Source of the DNA: an uncultured Acidobacteriota bacterium
GTDB lineage: Bacteria; Acidobacteriota; UBA6911
Assembly: GCA_963827655.1 (NCBI GenBank)
Contig: CAWHCF010000046.1
Coordinates: 96,001-160,000 of the forward strand
Length of the DNA stretch: 64,000 bases
Reading direction: 5' to 3'
Positions 9,836 through 20,340 of the stretch are shown here, piece after piece. The notes beneath the pieces are model-generated. The model was not told where the DNA came from. It saw only the letters and a program-made list of their open reading frames with translations, and made no database searches. The position numbers were made by a program, and so were the translations under genes. Position 1 is the stretch's first letter; every line of letters begins with the position of its first letter.

Positions 9836-10732
9836 GTGAAAGAACTAAGGCGAGCCACGGTCGGTGAGGATTCGTATGGCAGGGAGGTCCGCAGGGTCCT
9901 GATGTTGACCCTGGCGCTGAATCTGGCCGTTGTGGCAGGTAAACTCGTAGCGGGATTTCGGGCGGGCTCCCTGAGTGTGATCAGCGATGCCATGCACTCG
10001 TCGGCCGATTCGCTCAACAATCTCGTCGGGTTGGTCATAATCCGGCTAGCCCAGGCGGCTCCCGATGAAGAACATCCCTACGGGCATCACAAGTTCGAAA
10101 CTGTGGCGACTTTCGCCATCGCCGGCTTTCTTCTCGTGACCGCGTTTGAAGTCGTGGTCGGAGCCACGAAGCGTCTGCTCGGCTGGTCGTCGTCGGAGGT
10201 TGAGGTCACTACCCTGACGGTCGGCGTCATGGTCGTGACCCTGATGGTCAATATCTTTGTCTGGAGCTATGAAAGCCGCCGGGGAAAGGCATTGAATAGC
10301 AGCTTCCTCATCGCCGACTCGAAGCACACGCTGAGTGATATCTTCGTCAGCCTGTCGATTCTGATCGGCCTCGTGCTCGTCCGCAGAGGAATGGTTCACA
10401 TCGATCCGATTCTGGCCTTTGTCGTCGCCGGGGTAATCACTTACGCTGCGTATCAAATCTTTGCCTCCACCATTCCTGTGCTGGTGGATAGCGCGCCTCT
10501 TTCCTCGGAATACATCGCCAAGATCGTGCGGGAGACGACTGGAGTCGAATCAGTGCATGAAATAAAATCCCGTGGAGTGCCGGGCCGAATCTTCATCAGC
10601 ATGCATCTGGTGGTCACTCCGACGAACACGTTCGAGGCCCATGCCGTGACGGAAGAAGTGGAGAGGCGGCTGGCCGAGAAGATCGGCCCCTGTACCGTTA
10701 CGATTCACGTCGAGCCCGATGAAACCTATTGA
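9836..10732 (+). CDS. Cation diffusion facilitator (FieF-like) transporter
   Basis: SDAMHSSAD, PDEEHPYGHHKFE, ADSKHTLSD, C-terminal VTIHVEP, six hydrophobic segments. Confidence 0.93.
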   Translation: MKELRRATVGEDSYGREVRRVLMLTLALNLAVVAGKLVAGFRAGSLSVISDAMHSSADSLNNLVGLVIIRLAQAAPDEEHPYGHHKFETVATFAIAGFLLVTAFEVVVGATKRLLGWSSSEVEVTTLTVGVMVVTLMVNIFVWSYESRRGKALNSSFLIADSKHTLSDIFVSLSILIGLVLVRRGMVHIDPILAFVVAGVITYAAYQIFASTIPVLVDSAPLSSEYIAKIVRETTGVESVHEIKSRGVPGRIFISMHLVVTPTNTFEAHAVTEEVERRLAEKIGPCTVTIHVEPDETY

Positions 10733-10790
10733 GTCTTAGGTTTCATTTGTGTCTGTTGAGTCTTAGTGGTGGGTCTTTTCGATGACGCGT

Positions 10791-11990
10791 TCACGGCCGG
10801 GTTTCTACGGCGGACTGAACCACGTTGGAAACTCGATTGAGCAGAAAGCCGCCGTCCTGGCTGGCGGGACGGGTCGTAAGAATCACGCAGATTAAATCCC
10901 GCTCGGGATCAGCCCACGCCACGGTGCCGGTGGCGCCCACGTGGCCGTAAGTGCGGTCCGAGGCCAGGTCTCCAAAGAAGTTCCATACCGGCGAGCGCTT
11001 CAGGGCCCAACCTAAGCCCCATGGAGCTCCCAGCCTCTGGTTCTGGTCGGAGGTCATAGCATCGACGGTCGCCGGTGCCAGAATCCTTTTGCCGCCGTAC
11101 GCTCCTCCGTTCAGAAACATCTGAAGAAAGACCGCCAGGTCATTTACTGTGCTATGCATTCCTCCCCAGGGATGTCCCATATCTCGCCAGTAGGGGCTGT
11201 TGGCTCCGAATCTTTTGGCGTCGGCGCTGCTGGTTTCGTAAGAGGGCGACCCTTGGCACCAGGCGGTCTGTTCGATGGTTCTGCCTCCAAGGCCCAGCAT
11301 GGTGTTCTTCATCCCCAGGGGATCGAAGAACTCCTTCTTCAAGAATTCCCGCAATGGAGTTTTCGTGAGACGTTCCACGATCTCGGCGGCCAGCAGAATT
11401 CCCATGCTCTGGTAGGAAAATGAACTGCGCGGCGCGAAGAGAAGGGGGGTGGTCAGCGACCGCCGCACGAACTCCGGAAGTGGAGCATGCGCCCTTCGCA
11501 ACTCGGTATTCTCCGGAAGCATGTCCGGCATTCCCGAAACATGGGTCAAGAGATCGTGGACCCGTACCTTGTCTCGCTCCGGCCCCTGAAATTCCGGCAG
11601 ATATTTTTGTACGGGATCGGAAAGACTGATCATGCCGCGTTCCACCAGAAGCATCAGGGCGGAAGCGGTAACCGGCTTGGTGATCGAGGCGACGAGATAG
11701 ATGGTATCGGGCCGCGCAGGCGGGCCGGAGGCTTCCGGCGACTGCTTTCCGGAACCTCGATGCAAAACGATAACGCCGTGCCGGGCGACCAGGATCGAGG
11801 CGGCGAGCACCTGGCCGTTTCTGGTTTCCTGCTCCAGGATCTGGCCGGCCTGCTCCAGGCGGACGGCAGACATACCAGCTTCTTCCGGCCGGCCCGGTTT
11901 TAACACCTGTTCTTTCGCATGAGCCGGGTTGACCACGCCGGTCACCAGAACCAACAATAAGGCAATTGAGAAGGACAACATGGCTCCCAC
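10791..11990 (-). CDS. Serine hydrolase, beta-lactamase class C-like
   Basis: Signal peptide, ASITK (SxxK), LLTHVSG, FSYQS, GHVGATGT. Confidence 0.9.
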   Translation of the reverse strand: MGAMLSFSIALLLVLVTGVVNPAHAKEQVLKPGRPEEAGMSAVRLEQAGQILEQETRNGQVLAASILVARHGVIVLHRGSGKQSPEASGPPARPDTIYLVASITKPVTASALMLLVERGMISLSDPVQKYLPEFQGPERDKVRVHDLLTHVSGMPDMLPENTELRRAHAPLPEFVRRSLTTPLLFAPRSSFSYQSMGILLAAEIVERLTKTPLREFLKKEFFDPLGMKNTMLGLGGRTIEQTAWCQGSPSYETSSADAKRFGANSPYWRDMGHPWGGMHSTVNDLAVFLQMFLNGGAYGGKRILAPATVDAMTSDQNQRLGAPWGLGWALKRSPVWNFFGDLASDRTYGHVGATGTVAWADPERDLICVILTTRPASQDGGFLLNRVSNVVQSAVETRP

Positions 11991-12036
11991 ATCAAGAGTC
12001 TACAGCGATTGTGTCACTATTTTTAAGGCAAAGTAA

Positions 12037-12095
12037 TTCTTGCGTGTTTCTTCGTGACTTGGTGTCCTGGTCGGTATTGCTTTTGCAGCGCTAGA
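12037..12095. repeat. Palindromic repeat family A
   Basis: tttcttcgtgacttggtgtcctggtcggtattgcttttgcagcgcta. Confidence 0.75.
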
Positions 12096-12186
12096 CATAA
12101 GAAACCTGGAACCGACAACTTTCTGCTATTCTCGTCCAAATTTTGCGCCGGGAGGGGCGACTAAAGCTTCCATGGAGGAGTGACGC

Positions 12187-13807
12187 TTGCGCAGGCCGAA
12201 TCCCAAAACCCGCCGGGCCGGCAAAGTGACTCAAAAGAAACACGGCCCGGATCCATGGCTTCAATCTCACCTGAACTCGATCGCCCTCCTGGTTATTTCG
12301 GCCGGTTTCGTGATCCGGGTCATCACCGCTGCTGCCGGCTATCTCAATCCGGATGAAGCCCTGCACTACCTCCTTGCCAATCAGCCGTCCGCCGCTCTGG
12401 CATACCAGGCGAGCCTTACCAATGCTCATCCTCCATTCTTCTTTTTGCTGCTTTATTTCTTGCGCTTTATCGGCACCTCCGAGTTCATCCTGCGTCTTCC
12501 ATCGGTGCTGGCTGGAACTCTGTTGCTCTGGGTCGCGTACAAATGGCTCGAGAGCGCGTTTAATAAGACGGCAGCTTTGGTCGGTCTTTTAGTGCTCACT
12601 TTTTCGCCGGCGATCATTTCGGTTTCGACTGAAGTGCGGGGCTATGGAGTTCTCCTGCTCTGCATGGCGAGCGCCCTTTACTTCCTGGAACGGGCCTTCA
12701 AGCAAAAGTCTTTGCGCGCCATGTTACTTTTCTCAGCCGCTTTGTATCTTGCAATTCTAACGCACTACTCAGCCCTTTGGTTCACGCTGGCAGCAGCCGC
12801 CTATGCATTGATACTCATCTGGGATCGCCGGCTACCAGGCCGCCTGGTCAAGGTTTGGGCCGCGTCTCAGGCGGGCGTGGTTTCCCTCTATGTCTTTCTT
12901 TACCTTACACACATCTCAAAATTAAGAGGGGGCGGCATGGAGCAGGAGGCGGCGGGCGGTTGGCTCCAGAGCTCTTACTTTGACCCGGTAAAGGACAATC
13001 TGTTTGCTTTTGTGTTCAATGGCACGGTCGCCTTTTTTCATTATGTTTGTGCCAACCGGATCGTCGGGATCGCCATGCTTCTAGCCTTTGTCGCCGGCGT
13101 CGTGGTTCTTTTTACGAAGGATGTTCGGCGCGAAGAACGATGGGACAGGCTGGGCCATCTTGCCATTCTGCTGCTTCCATTCTTGCTGAGCTGGTGCGCT
13201 GCGCTTGCTCGCATGTATCCTTACGGCGGCACCCGGCACAGCATTTTTCTGACCCTTTTCGCGATCGCAGGCGCCAGCTTCGGGCTGACGAAACTCATCG
13301 AGAGGAAGCCTTGGCCCGGGCTGTTTGCCGTGGGTTTTGCCATGGCGGTCTGTAACCTTTATCCCACGCCTCCTGCCCAGCCGATTTATGCGGAACATCA
13401 GAGCCGGACCTTAATGAGCCAGGCCGTGAATCATATTCATCAATCAATCCCGGCGGGCAAGCTCGTCTTTGTGGATTACCAGACGATGCGTTCTGCTCGG
13501 CTATTACCTTGGGAAAAACCAGATCACCCGCTTCGATCAACCTCAGAAAGAGTTTTGGGAATTTCCATATGGGGGGTACCGAGTTGTCTCGACGCGACAC
13601 TGGTTGTTCAACGTTGAGAGTTTCGGGGTTGAACTTAAGCGCTTGAGGAACGTTTATGACCTGCCGCCTGGCGAGATGGTGTGGATCATTTCGGCCGGTT
13701 GGGGAGTCAACCTCTACACCAGGCTGAGCCAGCGATTTCCTGAATCCCATTTCCCGGGCACGATGTTCGGGAGCAGTCTGGCAGTCTTTCAGGTCCCGAC
13801 GGTTTAG
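12187..13807 (+). CDS. GT-C fold (GT39/ArnT-like) membrane glycosyltransferase; frameshift at ~13487
   Basis: NPDEA, AHPP, LRLPS, EVRGY, THYS, many TM helices. ORFs 12187-13617 and 13469-13807 join as DYQT(S)VLLGYY if one base is removed. Confidence 0.8.
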
Positions 13808-13810
13808 CCC

Positions 13811-13880
13811 GTTCTTAGTCTTCGTGCTTAGAGGTTAACAATCCACGACTAGACCCGAAGACTCGAAGGCACTAAGAAAC
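13811..13880. repeat. Palindromic repeat family A between convergent genes
   Basis: ttcttagtcttcgtgcttagagg...gacccgaagactcgaaggcactaagaa. Confidence 0.65.
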
Positions 13881-13889
13881 GTGATGCAC

Positions 13890-14633
13890 TCATTCCTGAG
13901 TCGCTTCGGTCATCATTTCTTTCAGCACCTCGATGATGGCCTCGGCCCAGATCTCATACCCGCGGAGACTCAGGTGCAGGAAGTCGGGCATGATGTCCTG
14001 CGAGATGGTGTTGTCGGGCTGAAGGAACTTCCCACCGATGTCCAGGTATCGAACGTTCTTGCCGTCTTCGAGTTTGGTAATGATCGCGTTCACCTGCTGA
14101 AGCTTCTCGCGCAACACGCCAGGTTTTTCCTCCCGAGGGAAGATCGCCAGGAGCAGGACCCTGGTTTTCGAAGAGCGTGAGCGGATTTCCTGAACGATGA
14201 GCTTGATCCCTTCGGCGATTTCTTCGGTTTGGTTCTGCGCGAGATTGTTTGTGCCGATCATGACCACTGCGACTTTGGGCTGGATCCCCTCAAGCTCCCC
14301 GTTTTGAAGCCGCCAGAGCAAGTGCTGTGTGCGATCCCCTCCTATGCCGAAATTGGCCGGTTTGAGCGGGTCAAAGTACTTCCGCCAAACAGGCCCGCCG
14401 CCGCGCTCATTTCTCCAACCGTCGGTAATCGAATCACCGAGGAATAGAACGTCGACGTCGCCTTTCTTGGCGAGGCTGACGAACCCCTCATGGCGTCTGA
14501 GCCAATCATTCCTGATCACAGGTATGGTTGCTGGTTCGGGCTGTGCCGCCGGAGTCTGGGCCTGGAGAGCAACCGGTAACGAAGCGACGATCAGGAAGAA
14601 ACCCAGAATGAATAGACGCTGATTTCTTTTCAT
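13890..14633 (-). CDS. SGNH/GDSL hydrolase (PAF-acetylhydrolase IB-like)
   Basis: FLGDSIT, NFGIGGDRTQH, MIGTNN, DFLH; signal peptide. Confidence 0.93.
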   Translation of the reverse strand: MKRNQRLFILGFFLIVASLPVALQAQTPAAQPEPATIPVIRNDWLRRHEGFVSLAKKGDVDVLFLGDSITDGWRNERGGGPVWRKYFDPLKPANFGIGGDRTQHLLWRLQNGELEGIQPKVAVVMIGTNNLAQNQTEEIAEGIKLIVQEIRSRSSKTRVLLLAIFPREEKPGVLREKLQQVNAIITKLEDGKNVRYLDIGGKFLQPDNTISQDIMPDFLHLSLRGYEIWAEAIIEVLKEMMTEATQE

Positions 14634-14679
14634 ATGAACTCCTGAAGCATTTTTTGAGTGAAGACGCTGCCAAGCCTAA

Positions 14680-14821
14680 GGGTTCGCGCAGAAATAAGTT
14701 CGCATTCTGGCGGGCCGCAGCCCGAAGGGGCGCGATTCCGAGCGTGCGCAGCCAAGGGAAACCGGTTCATGATTGACCACCGAGTCCGCGCCAGAATGTG
14801 AAGTTATTTCTGCGCGAGCCC
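14680..14821. mobile_element. MITE copy 1 (142 bp), TAA target duplication
   Basis: TIRs gggttcgcgcagaaataagttcgcattctggcg / cgccagaatgtgaagttatttctgcgcgagccc; TAA at 14677-14679 and 14822-14824. Confidence 0.85.
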
Positions 14822-15789
14822 TAATACCCGAGTCGCTTGTCCACCACGTTCTGAAGCGGCTCCCCTTTTCGAAAGCGCTCGAAGTTGTCCAGGAAGAACT
14901 GGGTAGCCTGCTCCATCCAGTCTGATGTGTGGTCGGCGCAATGGGGCGAGAGGAGGAGGTTGTCCAGACGGTAAAAAGGGTGGCCCTGCGGCAAGGGTTC
15001 ATTCTCAAATACATCGAGCGCCGCGCCGCGGATCCATTTTTCCTGGAGGGCCCGAATCAGTGCGGGTTCGTCGACCACCGGGCCGCGGCCGATGTTTATC
15101 AGGACGCCCGTCTTTTTCATGGCGCGCAGTTCGGTGGCGCCGATCATGCCGCGTGTGTCTCGCGTCAACGGCGCGGCAACGACGACATAGTCCGAGCCTG
15201 CCATTAGCTCGAGCTTTCGTTCCAGGGGCAGAAGCTGGTCGAGCATCGAGTCGTCTCGGGACTGCTCCGGGCGGCGGCGAAGCGCGAGGACCTTCATGCC
15301 GAACGCCTTGGCGCGCCGGGCGACGGCGCGGCCAATATCGCCGTAGCCGATAATCCCCAGGCTCTGCCGGCTGATCTCGTCGACATCAAAAGCTTGCCAT
15401 ATGCCTGCGTCCTGATTCCGGACCATGCGCCGAAAATCCTTGGCGAAGAACAGAACGGCGCCCATGACGAACTCACCCAGCGATTGACTGAATACTCCGC
15501 GGGAATTGGTAAGAGGAACCGGGCTTTCGACCAGCGCGGCAAAAAGTAAATTATCAAGGCCGGCGGCCATCGAGTGCACCCATTTGACCTGGCGCGCGGC
15601 ACTCCAGATCTGTTCCAGCAGGTCGCGATTTCCCGACCAGGCGAAAATCACATCGGCACGAGGCGCGCTCGGCTCGACCGCTTGCACTGTATTTCCCACC
15701 GTTACCGTGGCGGTCTGTCGCAGCTGCTCCAGCATCTTCAGCTGCGGCTGTGCAGGATCGGCAAGTACAAGCAGATTGATGAGACTCAT
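14821..15789 (-). CDS. D-2-hydroxyacid dehydrogenase
   Basis: GIIGYGDIG, INIGRG, AALDVFENEP, SPH. Confidence 0.95.
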   Translation of the reverse strand: MSLINLLVLADPAQPQLKMLEQLRQTATVTVGNTVQAVEPSAPRADVIFAWSGNRDLLEQIWSAARQVKWVHSMAAGLDNLLFAALVESPVPLTNSRGVFSQSLGEFVMGAVLFFAKDFRRMVRNQDAGIWQAFDVDEISRQSLGIIGYGDIGRAVARRAKAFGMKVLALRRRPEQSRDDSMLDQLLPLERKLELMAGSDYVVVAAPLTRDTRGMIGATELRAMKKTGVLINIGRGPVVDEPALIRALQEKWIRGAALDVFENEPLPQGHPFYRLDNLLLSPHCADHTSDWMEQATQFFLDNFERFRKGEPLQNVVDKRLGY

Positions 15790-15792
15790 TCA

Positions 15793-16051
15793 GATTGACG
15801 ATTGACGATTGACGATTGACGATTCATGACGAGATTTCGTAAGCCCGTAACACTTTGCCTTTTTAGCACGAATTTCACGCTGCTCCAATCCGTGTGTCCG
15901 GAGGAGCCGGACAAACCGTGTCGTTCGGGTCCGGAAGCTGACCGCTGATAGCTGACTCCTGATAGCTCCGCGGCCGCCGGTCCGGTGGCCGCCTGCAGGG
16001 ACGATCGACTCAATGGTAAATCGTCAATCGTCAATCGTAAATCGTCAATCG
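15793..16051. repeat. Inverted heptamer arrays (GATTGAC)n ... (GTCAATC)n with an internal (GCTGAYM)-type array
   Basis: gattgac x4 at 15793-15824; aatcgtcaatcgtcaatcgtaaatcgtcaatc at ~16019-16050; gctgaccgctgatagctgactcctgatagc at ~15937-15966. Confidence 0.9.
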
Positions 16052-16054
16052 GGA

Positions 16055-17914
16055 TCAGGCGCCATGGCTCGACAGAACGGCCGTCACCCGATTCAGAGCA
16101 TCCTCGTCCTCGGGATCACCCGAAGTGAAGTCTACATACTGGATGTTCTTCAATTGCCTCGGAATCGGGCACTTCTCCAGAAGCACCGGAACTATCGGTT
16201 TGCGCTCGTCCAGAGCCGTGCGCAACTCCCCCGTCGCCTCGCTGGATTGGATGGCGGCCGGCGAGAGTACGATCAGGAAGGAGGCGCAGTCATGCAGAGC
16301 TTTGTCGATGGCCTTATCCCAGTTGGCGCCGGGTGGAATGTCGGTCTGGTCTATCCAGATGGGAATCCCGCGCTCCTTGAGCTTTCCCGCGAGGTCGAGG
16401 ACAAAGCCCTCGTCGTCACGCGCATAACAGACAAAGACGTGGTCGCCCCGTTGGTGCCTGCCTGCGACCGCACCCGTGTCCCCTGCGAAATCGATTCCTG
16501 ACGAAGAAGGCGCGCCCACGAATCCGAGCCGTTTCAAGATGTGGGTCAGCGCTTCGATTCCTAACCATCCGCCGAAGACGGAGAACGTGAAGGCGGTGAG
16601 CGGGTTTAACGCGAGACCGCGCGGCAAGACATGGATCAGACCCAGCAGCAGGATCCAGTAGAAGAGAAATCCGGCGATCAGGCCGACCACGAGACGCCAC
16701 CATCTGGTTCGTCGGCGAGTCAGAATAACAAGCAATCCTCCCGACAATCCACCCAGCGCCGAAAAGCCCATCATCGCGAGTGGCAACCTGACTTTTAGCG
16801 GGACCGTGGTGCTGAAAAGATTGGGTGTTGAAGCCGAGACCTGGAAGTCTCCCCACCAGACCGGCTCGAAGTTCGCGCGGCCTCCGGACTGCCCAGGAAG
16901 AATGGTAAATTCCTTCGGAGAGATCTCCCCGCGCCCACGACTGATCGCCACCGAAATCAAGCGTTCTTCAGCGGTGCGGATCGGCCTTCCCTTATCGTCT
17001 ACCAGGCGGACAAACAAATCCGATCGGTCCAGAAGCGTGATGTCCTGGGGATTGGGGATGAGCTCGAGCCTGGTGATCGGGGGACCGAACTTGATCTCCA
17101 ATTTTCGGTCACCTTCCAGGCGGGCCTCAGGCACGGAATCGAGATACTCTACTGATGACAGTACCCTGTTCGTTCGATTTCAAGGTCGCTTCGGCGGAAT
17201 CCTCACCCTTGTGAATTACCATGGGGTTCGGGGCCAGAATCCCGCTTCCTTGAAAGAGGCGAACTCTAAAATCCTCGGAGGATCCAGCGTCCTCTCGCAA
17301 TAGAAAAGCGTGGATCGTCACAGTGTCCTTCCCGTCCGCGAGAAACAGCCGTTGCGGGCTGAATCGTAGAGCCAGCGAAGGAAGCTTGCGTGCCTCGGGC
17401 TTCGGGCGCCGGCTCTGGAAGGCCCCCGCCGCGAGGTATCAGAATGCCCTTCGGCTCGAGCTTTTTCAGGGGGGCGCGGGCGTTTTGGAGCATGAGTGTG
17501 CGGGACCGAATCCTCGACCCGAAGGAAAGCGCCACCCGCAAGCAGTTCCTCGTGCCTGGCCCAGAGATAGACAAAGCCTCGAAGCCCTGATCGAAGAGGG
17601 ACAGTAAAAGTCTGCGAGGATTGCCCCGCCTTCATCGTAACATCCATCAATTTTTGCGGCGGATCGGCAGGAGACAGGCGCGCCTGAATCTGAATTGCGA
17701 GATCCCTCGGCGCGTTGATGGGCCGATTGTCCGAGTCCAGGAGTGTGATCCGGATACCGGCCTTACCGCCAACGGCCACCCTTGACGCAACCGGGTTGAC
17801 GTCAAGCTTGACGGGGTTCTTTTGAGCGCTGCACGGAACTGCCAGGAGGATAAAAAGAGAAAGGAGCGCTGGCGATGGCCTCCGGAAAAATGACACCAAT
17901 CCCTTGGGCCGCAC
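16055..17914 (-). CDS. Membrane protein: signal peptide, Ig-like ectodomain, 3 TM helices, C-terminal TIR domain; split by at least 2 frameshifts
   Basis: Joins ORFs 17318-17914, 17127-17321 and 16055-17134. TIR motifs VFVCYARDD, WIDQTDIPPGANW, LSPAAIQS..TGELRTAL, IVPVLLE, QYVDF. Ig-like motif ADGKDTVTI. Confidence 0.7.
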
Positions 17915-17995
17915 AGCTTCTCCCTCCCCTGAGAATCGAATCGGCTCTATGGGTACCGGATTCTATTTTGTCGAACTGCCTTGGGGCAAGAGTAT

Positions 17996-18040
17996 TCGCG
18001 CTTCGCGTTTCCTGGTGTTTTCGAGTCTTCGCGGTTAAGA
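17996..18040. repeat. Palindromic repeat family A arm
   Basis: tttcctggtgttttcgagtcttcgcggtta. Confidence 0.6.
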
Positions 18041-18167
18041 ATCCTGTTCCGGCGAGACAAGGCACACGGACCGAGGATCAAGCTTGAAAGGGCCGCCCCG
18101 ATGGACTAGGGTAACAAGGCTTACGTCAGCAACTCTTAATCTATGGTACCGATCGAGGTGAGAAGAC

Positions 18168-19307
18168 ATGCCGGAAGCAACCACCATACCTGAAGTCAAG
18201 GTTCCTTTTTACGGTCACGTCCGCCAGTATCATGGTCTCCGGAAGGAGCTCGATGATGCCATAAGGCGGGTTCTCGAGAGCAACCAGTATGTGATGGGAC
18301 CCGCTCTGAAACAGTTCGAGCAGGATCTGGCAAAGTACTTTGGAATGAAGCACGCGGTCGGCGTCAACTCGGGGACCGACGCGCTCTTTCTCGCTTTCAT
18401 GGCCCTTGGCATCAAGCCGGGAGACGAGATCATCACCACCGCGAACACGTTCTTTGCTACGGCCGAGGCGATCTGGATCGCGGGAGCGAAGGCCGTGTTT
18501 GTCGATTGCGACCCGGCAACCCGAAATATCGATCCCTCCAGGATTGAAGCGGCCATAACTCCGAAGACGCGCGCTCTCGTCCCGGTCCATCTGTACGGGC
18601 TGTGCGCCGACATGAAGTCGATCAGCGAGATCGCGAAGAAGCACAAACTGTTTGTCATCGAGGACAACGCCCAGGCCATCGACGGCTACGGCCCGGGCTG
18701 GAAAGAAGGGGAGCTCAGCGACGCGATGTGTGTCAGCTTCATTATTCAGAAGAACCTTGGGACCTTCGGCGATGGCGGCGCAGTCATTACCAATCGGCAG
18801 GACGTGGATGCGGAGGTCCGCCGTCTGCGAAACCACGGTTCGAGCAAGCGCTCGGTTCACAGCATGGGCTACAACAGCCGATTGGACGATCTTCATGCTG
18901 CGATCTTGAGCGTGAAGCTGAAACAGGTCACCAGGTGGACGGACCGGCGGCGGGAGATTGCAGCCCGCTATGCCCGGGGACTTGAGCGCACAAGCCTCAC
19001 CCTTCCCTGCGAGCCCTCCGGATACCGGCACGCCTATCACCTCTACGTTGTCGAGCATCCTGAGCGCGACAGCCTGGAGGCTTTTCTGCTCGCCGCAGGG
19101 ATAGACGTGAAGCTCCATTACCCGATTGCCATTCACCAGCAGGAGGGATATCCCTGGGGAATGCCGGCGGATCCCAATCCCACAGTTCCTAACTGCGAAA
19201 AAAACGCGGCCACCTGCCTTTCGCTGCCCATGTTTCCCGAGCTGACGGACGAGGAGGTGGACTACACCATCGAGCAGTGTGTGAAATGGGACCGAGCGCG
19301 GCGATGA
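18168..19307 (+). CDS. DegT/DnrJ/EryC1/StrS PLP-dependent aminotransferase
   Basis: VNSGTDAL, PVHLYG, IEDNAQA, SF..QKNLG.FGDGG, GYNSRLD, LSLPMFP. Confidence 0.95.
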   Translation: MPEATTIPEVKVPFYGHVRQYHGLRKELDDAIRRVLESNQYVMGPALKQFEQDLAKYFGMKHAVGVNSGTDALFLAFMALGIKPGDEIITTANTFFATAEAIWIAGAKAVFVDCDPATRNIDPSRIEAAITPKTRALVPVHLYGLCADMKSISEIAKKHKLFVIEDNAQAIDGYGPGWKEGELSDAMCVSFIIQKNLGTFGDGGAVITNRQDVDAEVRRLRNHGSSKRSVHSMGYNSRLDDLHAAILSVKLKQVTRWTDRRREIAARYARGLERTSLTLPCEPSGYRHAYHLYVVEHPERDSLEAFLLAAGIDVKLHYPIAIHQQEGYPWGMPADPNPTVPNCEKNAATCLSLPMFPELTDEEVDYTIEQCVKWDRARR

Positions 19308-19323
19308 AAGTTCCGCGGGCGAA

Positions 19324-20340
19324 TCAAGAAGTATTCCTGGCGTTCTTCGCGTCCTGGAGTCTTCGCCGTGGCCTTGGTTCTTGCGCGCCGGCACGAAGCC
19401 GCTGAAGCTCCGCGTAAGCATAAACGAGGGCAAGACCGCGGTAAGGCTTCCACGCTTCGGCGTAGTGGCGCATCTCCTTCTCGGTAGCCGGTTCCGGCCG
19501 CCGCAGTAATCCCTGAGCCAGGTATTTCACCACGCCGAGATCGCCTGCCGGGAACGCATCGATCCGGCCCAGACCTCGCAGCAGGACTGTTTCCGCGGTC
19601 CAGATTCCCACGCCCTTGATGGCAGTAAGGCGTTCGATGACGGCGTCATCCGTCAGTTTCGCCAGCGCGGTATCGGACAACTCCCCCTGGTTGAAGGCAT
19701 CGGCCAGCCGGACCAGCGTCTCCGCCTTTGCCTGCGAGAGGCGGAATTGTCTCAGCCGGTCCACTCCCGCGTCGACGATACGCTGTGGCGCCGGAAAGGC
19801 ATAGAAAGACTCACCGTTGAATCGGGCATGAAACCCGAGATGCATCGCGAGCTCCTGCCGGATTCCGTAAGCGAACGCGAGATTCACCTGCTGGCAGAGC
19901 ACCGTGCTGGCCAGCGCTTCCCATACATCCGGCCAACCCGCGATGCGCAATCCTCTGAAGGCGCGAATGGAGGAACCGAGTATCGGGTCGGCTTTGAGCG
20001 CGCGGTAAAAGGGGCGCACATCGCTTGCCGCACCCAGCGCGCGTTCGACTGCCTGGCGCGCTGCGGCGCGGACGGAGTCCGAATCGGATCTTTCGCCCGT
20101 GATCCGGATCTGCAGCGTAGCCCGAATCGGCGATCCGCTCTGCGTGACAGTCAGCAGCTGGGGCCGGTCATCGACGAGGAGCAGCCGGCGGTAGGTCGCC
20201 CCGTCGAAACGGTCGACCGCCTCAGGGAAGCGCCGGAACCGGCTCGCAGTGAGCGGCAGAGAGTAAGGCCGGAGTGGAACGATACTGAAACCCGAGTCTC
20301 CGGTGGTTTCGCGTGCTCGCGGTAAGGGCGTAAGGCTCAC
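19324..20340 (-). CDS. alkA: DNA-3-methyladenine glycosylase II (AlkA-like, HhH-GPD)
   Basis: VLCQQV, AFP.P, LTAIKGVGIWTAE, FPAGDLG, WKPYRG. Confidence 0.85.
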   Translation of the reverse strand: MSLTPLPRARETTGDSGFSIVPLRPYSLPLTASRFRRFPEAVDRFDGATYRRLLLVDDRPQLLTVTQSGSPIRATLQIRITGERSDSDSVRAAARQAVERALGAASDVRPFYRALKADPILGSSIRAFRGLRIAGWPDVWEALASTVLCQQVNLAFAYGIRQELAMHLGFHARFNGESFYAFPAPQRIVDAGVDRLRQFRLSQAKAETLVRLADAFNQGELSDTALAKLTDDAVIERLTAIKGVGIWTAETVLLRGLGRIDAFPAGDLGVVKYLAQGLLRRPEPATEKEMRHYAEAWKPYRGLALVYAYAELQRLRAGAQEPRPRRRLQDAKNARNTS

